Source of the DNA: Octopus sinensis
Lineage: Eukaryota
NCBI RefSeq assembly: GCF_006345805.1
Contig: NC_042997.1
Span: forward strand, 126,790,001 to 126,854,000
Length of the DNA stretch: 64,000 bases
Direction: 5' to 3'
Shown here: piece after piece, positions 13,500-26,559 of the stretch
How positions within the stretch are numbered: the stretch's first letter is position 1
Layout of the letters: the number at the start of each line of letters is the position of its first letter
Made by a program: the position numbers and the translations under genes
The notes under the pieces: generated by a model
Database searches by the model: none
Seen by the model: only the letters and a program-made list of their open reading frames with translations
What the model was told of the DNA's origin: nothing

Positions 13500-14450
13500 T
13501 GTTATAAGCCAAGTTCAGATAGCATCGAAATCAGTTATCGTTTGCTTTCTTGAGCTGTTTTTTTTTTTTATACATTCACTTTAAGTCTGTCCAATTCCTG
13601 ATACTATCCATCCACATAATTTTTGATTTTCTTCTTCCACTTTTTTTCTATTCACTTTACCTTCTATTAACAGTCTGTAAATCATTTTCCTAATTAAGTG
13701 TTTAAAATATTTTCCCTCGTTGATTATGAAAAAAATTCCAAGTTTATTTATTTTTTTGTCATTCTTAATACTTCATTGCTGGTTTTTACATTCTGTTCAC
13801 GATATTCTCAAAAGTCTTCTACACCTCAAAGGTTTCCAAACTATTTGATAATGGTTTTGTTAATGCTCACGTTTCTGATTTATATAATAGAGCGGGATGT
13901 AAAAAAAAAAAAAAATAATAATCATTTTCTGGTTTCGCTATTAATATTTCTTGAATATAATGTGTTTGATATTCTTTCAAACTACTTTCTCGCTTTCTAG
14001 CTATCTTAATCCTTCTTTTAATCTTTCCTTTAAATTTCTCGTTTTCTGATTCCCTAAATCCCAGGTATGTTATTATCTTCAGTGTCTGTTCAATTGGTTT
14101 TCACTCAATTGCAATATTTATTTTAGGCAACTGTTGTTTCTTGCTGATTACAATTGATTTTATTTTCTTTACATTTAGTTCCATTCCACAGGGCATTTCT
14201 TTGTCATTTACTGAGGTTACGAGGTTCTGTAGGTAATCTCTGTTGAAAGTTAATGAGGTACTATCATCTGCGAATTCGAAGTTGTTGATGTTCATATGTC
14301 CTATTGACATTCCTAGCATGTCTCCCACTTCTTTGGAGGTTTTCTAAGTGTTTTAGTTAAATAGGCTACAGGATAGTACACAACCATGTTTGAATCTTAA
14401 TTTCATTTCTTAATTTTAAATTCTGAAGTGTTCCTCTCTTGATTAAATCT
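13500..14450 (-). mobile_element. Degraded RTE-clade LINE RT fragment
   Basis: FKHGCVLSCSLFN (QGCVLSP-like), INNFEFADD and GMELNVKKIK. Confidence 0.7.
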
Positions 14451-15045
14451 GCGGTATGATAGGGTACAAAAGTACTACATCTCACGAACAAATACCATTT
14501 ACTCCAAATGTAAAAAAGGCTTTTGCCGACTTCCACCACGTGTCCATAAGGTCCCTTATGTTTCTAAACAACCACGAAGACTGTTTCCATACACGGAGAA
14601 GGACAGCAACAATGACAATATACAGAATATTTGAAGTAAACATTAAAATGTTAGGAACGACAATAGCATTGTTTCATCTGTGTAATGTCAAATGAAAGGA
14701 ATAGTAATAGTTCAAGTGAGGATGTAGAATATCTGTTGGAAACTCAAATAGAATATATTGATTAACGATATTTGAATTGAGAGGAATGTCAATAACCATC
14801 TGTTATACTTTGATCATCTAATCTCACGTCCACTTGTGCTTGCAGGTGGATTTTCCTGGTTAGGAAGAATTTCGGTCAACTTAAAGGAATGTCGTCCTTT
14901 CTCAGTTGTTTCTTCGTATTGTAAACTTTCTATTATGGTTTCGGTTCTGTTGACGTGAAGTTCGGTATAATATCTGTGATGAAGAGAATTGTTCCATCAG
15001 TTATTGGCGTATATGGAACGAAATAACGAGTTGAAACTGTTTCAC

Positions 15046-15700
15046 CGTTTTAACAACAACAAACTTCCTGTGAGCGATGAAAAGTGGAACGGCTATTGGA
15101 AGGTGACTGCAGATTTACCAGGATGCCAAGGACTCTTTCTCATCCCAGTTACGAAAAAAACGGACATTTTAATGTGGTGTGAAGGAAAGAAAGTTGTGAA
15201 TCTAGTCGAGTTAACGGTTCCTCATGAAGATAACATAGACGCCGCTTGGGCTCGAAAGACTGACCGTTGTGTAAACCTCCTCGAGGAATGTGAAGACGCA
15301 GGCTGGAAAGCGGAGCATTTTCCAATCGAAGTCGTATGTAGAGGGTTTGTTGGACACAGTGTGAGACGACTGTTGTTACCGTTGGACCTCACTGATCGTA
15401 AAGTAAACATCACCATGACCGATATCCAAACCACAGTGGAGGAGGCTAGCCACTGGATTTGGTAAAAAAGAGATGAGGAGCGATGGCAAGGAGAATATTG
15501 AGCTGTATTTAATAACCAGTTGATCTAGCAATCGGGGCCTCATATCAGTGAGGGGGCCGGTGCGCATTGATGCCGTCGAGAGGTAGGCCCCGAAACGGCG
15601 CGCATTCTCTCCTGATAACTCCATACACTTGCTGGCTTCCGATATGCAGAGCCCTCGACTGGTAGCACTTGCATGTACAAATTGTTTGCAAAACATCCTG
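15046..15700 (+). mobile_element. HERO-clade (R2 group) LINE 3' fragment with REL endonuclease
   Basis: KTDILMW...LVELTVPHE...ARK..R...L.EEC..AGW.A..FPIEV.CRGF...EEASHWIW, the characteristic HERO C-terminus. Confidence 0.85.
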
Positions 15701-15875
15701 GTGACAGAACTGATCATTGGTGATCTTGGGATCAGAAATATTTTTCGCGGTAACACACCCGGATAGCATGTCTGCTAACTTGTCCACAAAATCGAGATGG
15801 TATATTACAATGAATTTATAGTCTGTTAACTCGTTTCTATATCGATAGACGTTCAATTTTGATTTCAGATAATCT

Positions 15876-16212
15876 CTGAGTGTTAAAAAGACAAGAAACA
15901 AGGTCTAGTGGCGTAGAAAGCTTTCTCAGTGCTCAGGGACAAAAACGTATTTGCCATCAGCACCTAAGTTAGCTAACATGATGGGCCAAAAGAAATTTAT
16001 TTGCACCTTCAAACCTGAGCTCAAGATACTGCCCTTCTTGTCTTTCTACTGCTATATAACATTATAACAGTCCCTTAATTTTTTTTAGCTTTTAAGGAGT
16101 ATCGTGTAGAGTTGAAAATAAATCTGGCGTCATCAGCAAAAAATTCTGTGGGCTCGTTCAGTTGCTTAAACTTTTTAGGTACTGAAAATCCACAAGCGGT
16201 TGGTATCTTGAA
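15876..16212 (+). repeat. 337-bp direct duplication, copy 2
   Basis: Near identical to 13138-13474. Confidence 0.95.
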
Positions 16213-17450
16213 GAACCAATTCTTATTCTACTATTTTCAAATATTTGTTTGCAAAGGGAACTGGATATCTGCGATATTTATATTTTCCTTTGTTGAACTT
16301 CATTCCGAATTTGTTTTTAAATCTTTGATAAAATTGCATTGGTTAGCGTAATATTTTCCTATGTTTTGACTGTAACTATATTAGCAACAAAATAAACGAA
16401 AGTTTGTTAGAGTTTTGTTTTTGGATTTGGTTTGCAAGATTCTTTATATGAGTTCGTGTGTTGAAGCATATTCTGTTGTGTCTGGAGAGAGTCATTTTCT
16501 TTTTGTGCCTATAAGGCACAAAAAGAAAATGACTTTTTGTGCCTTATTATGTAACACACTTACCGGTAAAATTTCCACTTTTTTCTTATTTTTATTTGCC
16601 TAAAATTTTCGTTGCGTCTTGCAACCTTTTCAATAGTTAGAGTCAAAACTATTGAAAAGGTTGCAAGACGCAACGAAAATTTAAGGAAAATAAAAATAAG
16701 AAAAAAGTGGAAATTTTACCGGTGAGTGTGTTCCATAATAAGGCACAAAAAGAAAATAACTGTCCCCAGACACAACAGAATTGTAAGAGTTTATTTCTCA
16801 GAAAGACCACATCAAGAATTTTCTGAGATTTGGGCAGAATTAGTGAAATCAAAGACGAAGCGGTTAAATTTGTAATGCTAACCATTTCCTCAGAGGCCAT
16901 GAGGCAGTAGTCTGCAGGACAAATAGGAACTTTTTATGATGCATACTGTTAACTCATTTCACAAAAGAGATTGTTTACAACGACTTTGATAAGCAGTGTG
17001 TCGATATTAGAGGAAGGATATGCATGAACTTTAGGATACTCGTAAATGATTATCATGTTAAAATAATAGATTACTACTTGAGTTTGGGTCCTCTTACCGT
17101 ATTTGTCACAAAACATTGCCATCTGTAAATAGTCCTGCTTTCTGGAGTAATACTGTTCGAGGGGCCGTCTTGACAGATTTGTGAGAGGCTTTAGTTTTGA
17201 AATATTTACTCCAGGAAACAGCTCATATGATGTACTTTTCAAAGTAGACAGGGTCATGTATAAAGTTAAAGCAAGTTTATCCACCCCAGTTTTATGTTTA
17301 TTGGAGTGTTACTGTATTAGATCCATTCCAATAATGAGTTGGGGAACGAGAAAATGGACAAAAGGAAAATTTACGTCTCAGTGAATTTTAGCGTAGAGTT
17401 TAATAATAGTATTGATCTGACTTATTTGCGAGAGTAATAGTTTTATGAGT
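15900..17450 (-). mobile_element. Possible very old hAT transposase remnant
   Basis: Scattered frameshifted motifs (FTDG, FIKDLKTN). Weak support. Confidence 0.25.
16412..16781. repeat. Inverted pair of an interspersed repeat forming a long hairpin
   Basis: Arms 16470-16638 and 16647-16781 with an 8-nt spacer. Nested perfect 21-bp hairpin at 16490-16534. Confidence 0.9.
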
Positions 17451-17899
17451 AGCATTATTGCATTAGCTGTTGCTGTCATCCAGAATGTGTTTTTTAAATG
17501 GTGTTATCTGAACCAGTATCAATTAATACTTTGACCATTTAGTTATTGATAGAAGCATCAATTAAATGGCTTCCTTCAGGTACAGATGCATGAGTACTTG
17601 ACAGCATGGTGTCCTTTTCACTATTCTCTTGGTATGCGGACGGTAATGGTCGATCATAAAATGTGCGTACGCTTAGATTTCAAGAGTTCCTTGCTTCAAC
17701 AGAGCATCGCCAATTTTCGGTGGCTGTCGCTTTGCAGAGCTCTTCGATAGAACAGCAACGGCTATTACCACAGAGAGTCTTGTTTCAACAATGTTTCCAA
17801 AGCCCCTCTACATAAAGACTCTCTCCCCACACCTCAACTGACCATCACTGGCTCTTACCTCACAGAGACTCTTAACAGAACAGCAAGGGTAATGGCCTT

Positions 17900-18141
17900 A
17901 AGGCGGCGAGCTGGCAGAAACGTTAGCACGCCGGGCGAAATGCTTTGCGGTTTTTCGTCTGCCGTTACGTTCTGAGTTCAAATTCCGCCGAGGTCGACTT
18001 TGCCTTTCATCCTTTCGGGTCGATAAATTAAGTACCATTTATGCACTGGGGTCGATGTAATCGACTTAATCCCTTTGTCTGTCCTTGTTTGTCCCCTTTA
18101 CGTTGAGCCCCTTGTGGGCAATAAGGAAAAAAAAATGAAAT
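17900..18141 (+). mobile_element. SINE family B, full length, with 15-bp TSD
   Basis: GGCGGCGAGCTGGCAGAAACGTTAGC head and GAGTTCAAATTCC B box. TSD AAGGGTAATGGCCTT at 17885-17899 and 18142-18156. Confidence 0.95.
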
Positions 18142-18785
18142 AAGGGTAATGGCCTTCGACACATAGACACCTTCACTTCACAATTTCCAGATCAAAAAAT
18201 TGAGTGTTTGAATCTCATCGCGGCCAGCAATTGTGGGAAATAATATTCCACAAGTAGTGTAGACATTGTCCAGTTTTGGTGGGTAGTGTAATTAAAAAAA
18301 TATATATACAACTGCAATGAAATAGCGATAAAACAGTAATGAGATAGCACCGTGTTCTTATAACAGTAGTTACGATACAGCTTTGAAAATGGATAACAAC
18401 TCAAGCTAAGAAAAATAAGTTTTACAGAAATATGTTTGTAAAGTCAGTTAGGTAATTTATGTGTTATAGAAAATATATTATCGATGACTGTTTATGAACC
18501 AAAGTTTTTTTTCTTTGAGTATCATACTAGTTAGAATGAATAAGTTAGTAATATGATGAAAAAGGCAACAGAAAATAAGCGATTTTTTTTACGAGAACTG
18601 CAGAAAATGAGATATTACAAACTATTATTTTTTCACTTTAAACGTGTCCAATATTTTAGACGAGAAGAGAAAAAAATTCTGTACGAAGAAGAATACAGCA
18701 GTTCCCGTGATACTCATAAACTGACCAAAGAATGTTTTGCTCGTTATTGCACTTGAAGCTGAAAATGGCTTGTGGTTATTAAAGC

Positions 18786-19800
18786 TGTTACATCACATAA
18801 AAATGGTTCAATATTTAGTATTGCTGTTTTTATTATATTCTGCTTAGAAAGAGAGAGGTAAGTGACGGTGTACGAAACTTACCGAGGAGGGGCATTTGTA
18901 AAGCAAGAGCTGTTGTCATTCTGTCTAAGCGAGAATGTGTGAGACTAGAACCACCGAGAGGAGGTGATCTTTTTTCCGAGTGAGTCAAAGAGTTTTGTGG
19001 GGTGAGAGCCATCAAAGCAGGGTCTCTCAGTGTCGGTAATCATTGTCAGTCTGTCAGTCTGTCAGGCAAGAACTGATGATGTTCTGTCGAAGGGCCCTAT
19101 GCAGAGAGAGCTGGTGACGTTCTGTTGAGCTGAGAGAATGTGGAAAGCTAACTATGCTCTTTCCTTTATAATAGTATAATTAATTGATGTCCGCCTTCTA
19201 TAGTTCGTTGTTTGACAAATTTATTCTTGAATAACCATGAATGCTGTCGCATATAAAGAATTCACTGGTTCAATCCGAACGATGGTTTGTCACTAGCAAC
19301 CAAATACTTCAGAAGAACGTAAGTTTTGTGGCAGATCAGTTTCGAAGGAATGCTGTCGCTACACTTAGCGGTTTACAACCAAGGTCTATTTAAAAAATGA
19401 ATGCTGTCGCTCCCGTTGCTTTCCACAAAATAGTTTACTTTAAAATTTTAAAGACTGTCAGCAACTGAACGTTAATGTGAAGGAAAGAGTGAAAATTAAT
19501 CGTTATAAATCAAATCCTTGAAAAGATCACGTGCATTGCCCTTCCTGCTCTAAGTCATTAAGAATAAATGTCACATAGATGAAATTATTGGTATTTTATT
19601 AGCCTTTCGTTTCACTGGTAATAAAATATAATAGGGTATGTCTATAGATTTATTAGCCAACACTATGTGCTGTGATGATTGTAAAGAATACGTCTGTACA
19701 ATACATTCATGCCTGGCGACATTTGTCACAAGAACAGAAACTTTCGTACAACTTTTCTCTCTTTCTCCCCCAAGATGTATTGTTTACGATAGTCGTAACA
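18786..19800 (-). mobile_element. Possible solo LTR
   Basis: TGTTAC...GTAACA inverted termini, a minus-strand TATA-like motif near 19170 and AATAAA about 45 nt from the end. No TSD found. Confidence 0.25.
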
Positions 19801-19892
19801 CATAGTGTCAGTTAATAAGTCCGTCCTGTAGTGCACTACAAGGCATTGGTCAGCCCTAGGAAATTGTAGGAAGCACAAAAAGCATAGATACT

Positions 19893-20714
19893 AAAGGCAC
19901 AAGGCCTGAAATTTTGGAGGAAGGAACTAGTCGATAACAATCCACTCCAGTATTTCACTGGTACTTACTTTATTGACCCCGAAAGGATCAAAGGCAAAGT
20001 CAACCTCGGCGGAATTTGAACTCAGAACGTAGCGACTAGCGAAATACCACTCAGCATTTCACTCAGCGTACTAACGTTTCTTATTTCTTTATTGCCCACA
20101 AGGGGCTAAACACAGAGGGGACAAACAAGGACAGACAAAGGAATTAAGTCGATTACATCGACCCCAGTGTGTAACTGGTACTTATTTAATCGACCCCGAA
20201 AGGATGAAAGGCAAAGTCGACCTCGGCGGAATTTGAACTCAGAACGTTACTGAAGACGAAATATCTATTTCTTTACTATCCACAAGGGGCTAAACACAGA
20301 AAGGACAAACAAAGACAGACAAATGGATTAAGTCGATTATATCGACCCCAGTGCGTAACTGGTACTTATTTAATCGACCCCGAAAGGATGAAAAGCAAAG
20401 TTGAGCTCGGCGGAATTTGAACTCAGAACGTAGTGGCAGACGAAATACACTACGCATTTCGCTTGGCGTGCTAACGTTTCTTATTTCTTTATTGCCCACA
20501 AGGGGCTAAACATAGAGGGGACAAACAAGGGCAGACAAAGGGATTAAGTCGATTACATCGACCCCAGTGCATGACTGGTACTTAATTTATCGACCCCGAA
20601 AAGATGAAAGGCAAAGTTGACCTCGGCGGAATTTGAACTCAGAACATAATGGCAGACGAAATACAGCTAAGCATTTCGCCCAGCGCGCTAAAGTTTCTGC
20701 CAGCTCGCCGCCTT
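19893..20714 (-). mobile_element. Tetrameric SINE family B array inside a diverged SINE A
   Basis: Four head-to-tail units. Only the outermost carries a complete head. Confidence 0.9.
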
Positions 20715-21713
20715 GGCACGTGCCAAAAATGCCAAGACGATGACTGAACCCGAAACCACATGACTTTGAAGATAACTTCTTTATGATGCGATCATGTCTG
20801 CACTCACACCAGAAAAAAAAAAAATAAAACGACAGGATAGTGTCACGATCAGAATGCCTAGTTCATAAGCTTGCTCGATCAAGAGACACGTGGCAACTGA
20901 ACAACAGCAGCAGTAGCAACAACAACAGCAACAACAACGATTAATGGTAACCAACAGCACAATTAAGTTCTCTTGAATAGTTCAGATAGCAATACAACAA
21001 AACGCTGTTAACACACCGGTAGCTTAAAGCTTTAGCTCGCTGCCAACAGTGCGTAACTGCATTTTCCTCTTTTTTCTGTCCTTTAATATATTGCATAGAC
21101 GTATAGCTTACGATCATGGGATAATAAATCTATAGATATATTCTAAAATACATAATAGCACATAGATACATGGCTGTCGTATCTATTATGTATATGTGGC
21201 ATATTCACATAGATATTTTAGATATTCCATATATTGTATAGATGGTGGATATAGATATTGGATATGCCACATTGATATTGCATAAATATTAGATATACCA
21301 TATAAATATAATATATAGATGTTGCATATTGTATAGACGATGGGTATAACACGTGGATATTGTACAGGTGCTGATTAAAAGAACGGATACGCCATGTCAA
21401 TATTGAATACGAGCAAAACGTCCCCCCCCTCCAATTGATGGTGCTGAGTTGTCAAACATTTAAACCAAATTTTCTCAAAACAACTTGTCCGACCGTCCCA
21501 TAGCCCCACGTTTGAGAAACACTGATTTAACCTAAATATGAGACACCAGCAAAAAAAAAAAAAAAGAAATAAATATAGACTTTTTTCTATTCCAAAAGAA
21601 AAACGATTTTATTCACACAAATATGCAACCGAAGAGTTTAAAGTACCAGTAATGATAAGGCTGTTGACTGGGAGAACGCAAACATAGTAAATCATTTATT
21701 AGCAAGAAATCAG

Positions 21714-23255
21714 TAGGGGAGACCGGGGCAAGTTGACACATTTTCTCTAGAGAAAATGCGAAACTACTTTCGGACGATTTAATGACATCATAGTAGTGCT
21801 GTTAGTATAAGTTTCCCCCTCATCTGATTTCGTCGCCGTTGTGAGAGTTTGTGTGCTACACGCGGACAACACTGGAATTTTCCACTTGGTAAGTTATTTT
21901 CGACATTTTTGATAATTAGTTATTTTGGATATTTTTTAAGACTGCATTATGTGTATTAAGCCTTAAGGAGTTAGTAAAATATCTCTCACGACCCTATACA
22001 GATGGATTCTTGTGAAACCCTAGTGGTTTTCTCTCAGTGTTTACATTTACGAGGAAAATGGGGTCGGGGCAAGTTGACACATGTAAACAAGTGCACGTTG
22101 ACACAGTGTGTCAACTTGCCCCGGCCTGTGATAAAGTTGTTGTTGGTTGCTTATATTGATTCACAGACTGCATCTATCCCATGTTAACTAAGAGTGCTTG
22201 CTATTTGATTCATGTCTGGTACATTGGATCAATTCATTGAGTAATTTATGTATTGCTTGCTATAGTTTTAGATTAGCTATCTTTATCTATACCAACCTAT
22301 TCTATCTTCATACCACTACCTACTTAGTCAACAGCTTGTATACTGCCTCAGTCTTGTAACCTGTCCCACTGATATATAAGCAGAGCTTCGCTTTGCTTTC
22401 ACTGTTGGATTATGCAATGAGCTAAATTGCTTTTTTTCTCCCCCCTCTCTCTCTCTCTACAATTGTCATGGTGCGACACTACAAACGCAAAAGCGAGAGG
22501 GCAACCCCTCCACAGGATGTAACCCAACAGGCTATTAAACAGGTCCGAGCTCGTGTCATCTCCTTGCGGGAAGCTTCGAGGACATCTGGCATCCCTTTAA
22601 AAACTCTGTCTCGCTACTGCACCAAGGCCGCTGAAGCAAACAACAACGATCACAGTTTTAGTGAATACAAAAAAGCCACGGCAAGTTCTCACCGACGAGT
22701 TCGAGAATCAGTTAGAGGCTTATGTTTTGGCTGCCTCAGAAATTTACTATAGGCTTGCTTCAAAGGATGTGCGGAAATTGGCTTTTCAGATGGCAAAGGC
22801 GCATGGATGTAATATCCCTCCAACCTGGCATGAGACAGAAATGGCAGGTGAAGACTGGTTCTTTGGATATCTTCAACGACACAAGAATTTATCCATAAGA
22901 AGTCCACAGGCAACAAGCTTGGCACGAACAACAAGGCAAATGTTGCTGTTTTTCAACCAACTTGATAAGGTGATGCTTCGGTATAAATTTGATCCACTCA
23001 ATATCTACAACATGGATAAAACTGGCATAACAACCATGCAGCGACCCGATAGAATTATTGCCAGAAAAGGAACAAAGCAAGTGGGAAAAATGACTAGTGC
23101 GGTGAGGGGGAACTCTGGTCACATTGGCATGCTGTGTAAATGTCACAGGAAACAGTATGCCACTGTCTTTTGTTTTTCCCCGGAATGGAGGTGCTAATCC
23201 ATCTGGTTGGATGTATGAGGAGCAGTTTGTGAAATTCCTTCAACACTTTGTGAGG
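21714..23255 (+). mobile_element. pogo/Tigger-like DNA transposon, frameshifted and 3'-truncated
   Basis: Left end TAGGGGAGACCGGGGCAAGTTGACACA, repeated subterminally at about 22065 (direct) and about 22107 (inverted). Psq-type HTH (SLREASRTSGIP), CENP-B-type HTH (AGEDWFFGYLQRH..LSIR) and NIYNMDKTG. Confidence 0.9.
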
Positions 23256-23989
23256 TATGTGAAATATTGTGTAGATAGTGGATATAACACATAGGCATTG
23301 TATGGAAGGTGTATACACTATATGGATATTGTGCAGATGGTAGAAAGTGCCATATTCATTCACCAAATCAAGTCTCTATTGTCTTCTGATTGTAGAGACT
23401 TGATCTGGTGATTTCTTTATATTTCAAAAGCTTTTATTTTGCATTTTTCACTTTGTTGGAGTTGCTAAATATTTAAGTATCTGTTATATATTGGGGATAT
23501 ATATAAAAAATAGTAAGGAGAGAAGAAAGTAATGTTTCTGACGCTGATAATGCTGTTTATGTAATTGTTAGCCAAGCGAGAAAGTATTAAAGATCAATAA
23601 AAGTATGGAAAGAGAGACTTTGAAGAATATTAAGAAACTGAGACAGACAACTTACCCTCATCACCTGACCTCACTCGAGAATTGGCAGCAAATATCTACA
23701 ATGCTATTTGTATATTGGCTGCAAAAAAAAAAAAAAAAAAAAATAAGAAAGAAAGCTTCTAATGGAACTCCACAAAAGAATTAAATGTTTTTTTTTTCTT
23801 ACTAGAAATCAGACATCATGAAACTGTATCTGCTAAATACTGAAACATCGAAAATGTGAAACAGAAAACATGGTTATGATTATCTTCAATAATTGAGCAG
23901 CACTTTCGCCTTTTGACTGTTTTAACCTTCAGTTTAATCCAATGTATATTTTGTAGAGGTTTTTCTTTAAATTCGGTAATTACACAATC

Positions 23990-24055
23990 AAACATACATA
24001 CATACAAATATTACACACACACACATATATATATGCACGTATATGTGTATGTGTG

Positions 24056-24109
<54 letters not shown>

Positions 24110-24465
24110 TATATGCATGCATATATATATATGTATATATACATAATACATATATGCATGCATATATATATACAAATATATACATATATATATCCAGGCA
24201 TATACATGTATACATACATATACATACACACACACATATATATGCATATATATAGATATATGTGTATGTATATATATATATATAAATATATGCCTTTATG
24301 TGTGTATGAATGTATTTATGAATGCATGAATTTATATATATCTATGAATGAATGTATGTATGTATGCATGTATACACACATACACACATACACACATACA
24401 TAAAGCATACATACATATGAATACATACATACATGCATATATACAAACACACATACATACGTATG
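23990..24465. repeat. Compound TA/CATA/TG microsatellite
   Basis: Visible low-complexity repeats. Confidence 0.9.
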
Positions 24466-25073
24466 TAAATTGCTCTATCTTAAAACTTCCTGATATTTTT
24501 GGCAGGCTTATGGTCATTTCAAGTCAGATTACTTCCCCAACCTCATACCTATCTATAATTTGATTGTGTGGATCATGAAGTGGAATAATAGTAGAATCAA
24601 AATGACAGCAAACCGTGAAAGGTTTAGAGGTTCCCAGTGAGAGAACAGATGCCGTCCAAGCTCATTTGATGTAGGTGAGGCCTAAGCCTAAATCAACGAT
24701 GCTGTAATTTCTCTGGTAATCCTAGGGACTTTGGTGCAAGTAAAAGCGTATATTTTCCTCTTTTATAATTTACTTGCTTCAATCATTTGACTGCGGCTAT
24801 GCTGGGGCTTCACATTGAAGGGTTTCAGTTAAAGAAATTGACCCCATTACTTATTATTCTTTTGTAAGGCCCGGTACTTATTCGAACGTTCTTTTTGCGG
24901 TACTGCTAAGTTACAGGGATATAAACAAACCAATTTCGGTTGTCAAGCGGTGATGAGGAACAGGTACAGGACACGCGCACGCACACACAGACATACAACG
25001 GGCTTCTCCCAGTTTCCGTCCACCAAATCTACTCACACGGTTATGGTCAGCTCGAGGCTATAGTAAGACACAT

Positions 25074-25305
25074 AGGCGGCGAGCTGGCAGAGACGTTAGC
25101 GCGCCGGGCGAAATGTTTAGCGGTATTTCGTCTGTCGTTACGTTCTGAGTTCAAATTCCGCCGAGGTCGACTTTGCCTTTCATCCTTTCGGGGTCGATAA
25201 ATAAATTACCAGTTTCGCACTGGGAGCGACGTAATCGACTTAATACCTTTGTCTGTCCTTGTTTGTCCCCTCTATGTTTAGCCCCTTGTGGGCAGTAAAA
25301 AAATA
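25074..25305 (+). mobile_element. SINE family B
   Basis: TSD TATAG(T/C)AAGACACAT at 25059-25073 and 25306-25320. Confidence 0.9.
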
Positions 25306-25375
25306 TATAGCAAGACACATGCCCAATCGCCGCGCATGGGACTGAACCTGGATCCATATGGTTGAGAAAGGTTGT

Positions 25376-25595
25376 AAGGCAGCGAGCTGGCAGACACGTT
25401 AGCACGCCGGGCGAAATGCGTAGCCGTATTCCGTCTGCCGTTACGTTCTGAGTTCAAATTCCGCCGAGGTCGACTTTGCCTTTCATCCTTTCGGGGTCGA
25501 TAAATTAAGTACAAGTTACGCCCTGGGGTCGATGTAATCGACATAATCCGTTTGTCCTCTCTGTGTTTAACCCCCTTGTGGGCAGTAGTGAAATA
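25376..25595 (+). mobile_element. SINE family B
   Basis: TSD CATATGGTT(G/C)AGAAAG at 25355-25370 and 25596-25611. Confidence 0.9.
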
Positions 25596-25659
25596 CATAT
25601 GGTTCAGAAAGAAATGTTTTACCACAAAACCACGCTTGCGCCTATTATTTAACTTTTAT

Positions 25660-26040
25660 ATTTACTTGTTTTTGTCATTAGACCGCAGCCATGCTGGAGC
25701 ACTGCCTTGAAGTGTTTAGTCGAACAAATCGACGCTAGTAATTATGCTTTTGTAAAATTTAGTACTTATTTTGTTGGCTTCTTTTGCCGAAATACTAATT
25801 ACGGGGCTGTAAACAAACTAACACCAGCTGTCAAGCGATGAAGAGAGTGAACAGCACAGAAACAAAGGCAGTACCCCCCCCCCCCACACACACACACACG
25901 ACGGGCTTCCACACAGTTTTGGTCTACTAAATTCACTCAGATTGGTCAGCTCGGGACTATAGCAGAAGACACTTGCCCAAGGTACCACATAGCGGGACTG
26001 AACTTGAAACCACGTAGCTTGAAAGTACGCTTCTTATCCA
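25660..26040 (-). mobile_element. Diverged SINE family A
   Basis: GCCATGCTGGAGCAC...GACACTTGCCCAAGG segments. Confidence 0.8.
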
Positions 26041-26094
26041 TGTGCAGTACATATCTGCAGTATTAGTATGTATGTGTGTGTGTAGGTGAATGTT

Positions 26095-26395
26095 TGTACA
26101 GTAATACCTCACCATATCGAGATTCACCTATCACACTCTCAGTACATCACGGTTCACCTATCACGCACTCATTACATCGCAGTTCACCTATCGCGCACTC
26201 AGTACATCGCGGTTCACCTATCGCGCACTCATTACATCGTGGTTCACCTATCACGCACTCAGTACATCGCGGTTCACCTATCGCACACTCACTATATCGC
26301 GGTTTACCTATTGCGGTTTACCTATCGCGCACTCAGTATATCGCGGTTCACCTATCGCAATCAGGATATTGTGGTTCACCTATCGCGCACTCTTT
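26095..26395. repeat. 30-bp CpG-rich minisatellite, about 9-10 units
   Basis: Unit CGGTTCACCTATCGCGCACTCAGTACATCG. Confidence 0.9.
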
Positions 26396-26559
26396 CAGAG
26401 CTTTCCTAAATCTACGGCTAGTTATCCATGGGCTGCGGTCTCTACAAACATTACTCCTTGATATTTGTCGGTTTTATAACGCGTGTTCACCCTGTTTGCT
26501 CTATTACACGCTCTTTGTCTCCTATTCTAGTTTTTGCTTCTATATCTAGGGCAGGTACC

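Larger units (their letters stand above)
24765..25643 (-). mobile_element. Diverged SINE A carrying two nested SINE B insertions
   Basis: The SINE A sequence resumes after each insertion. Confidence 0.8.

Noticed and set aside
13138-16212. LTR retrotransposon bounded by the 337-bp repeats
   Set aside because: No TG..CA ends, PBS, PPT, TSD or gag/pol. The interior is unrelated LINE debris.
26095-26395. CRISPR-like array
   Set aside because: Contiguous tandem units with no unique spacers, in a eukaryotic context.
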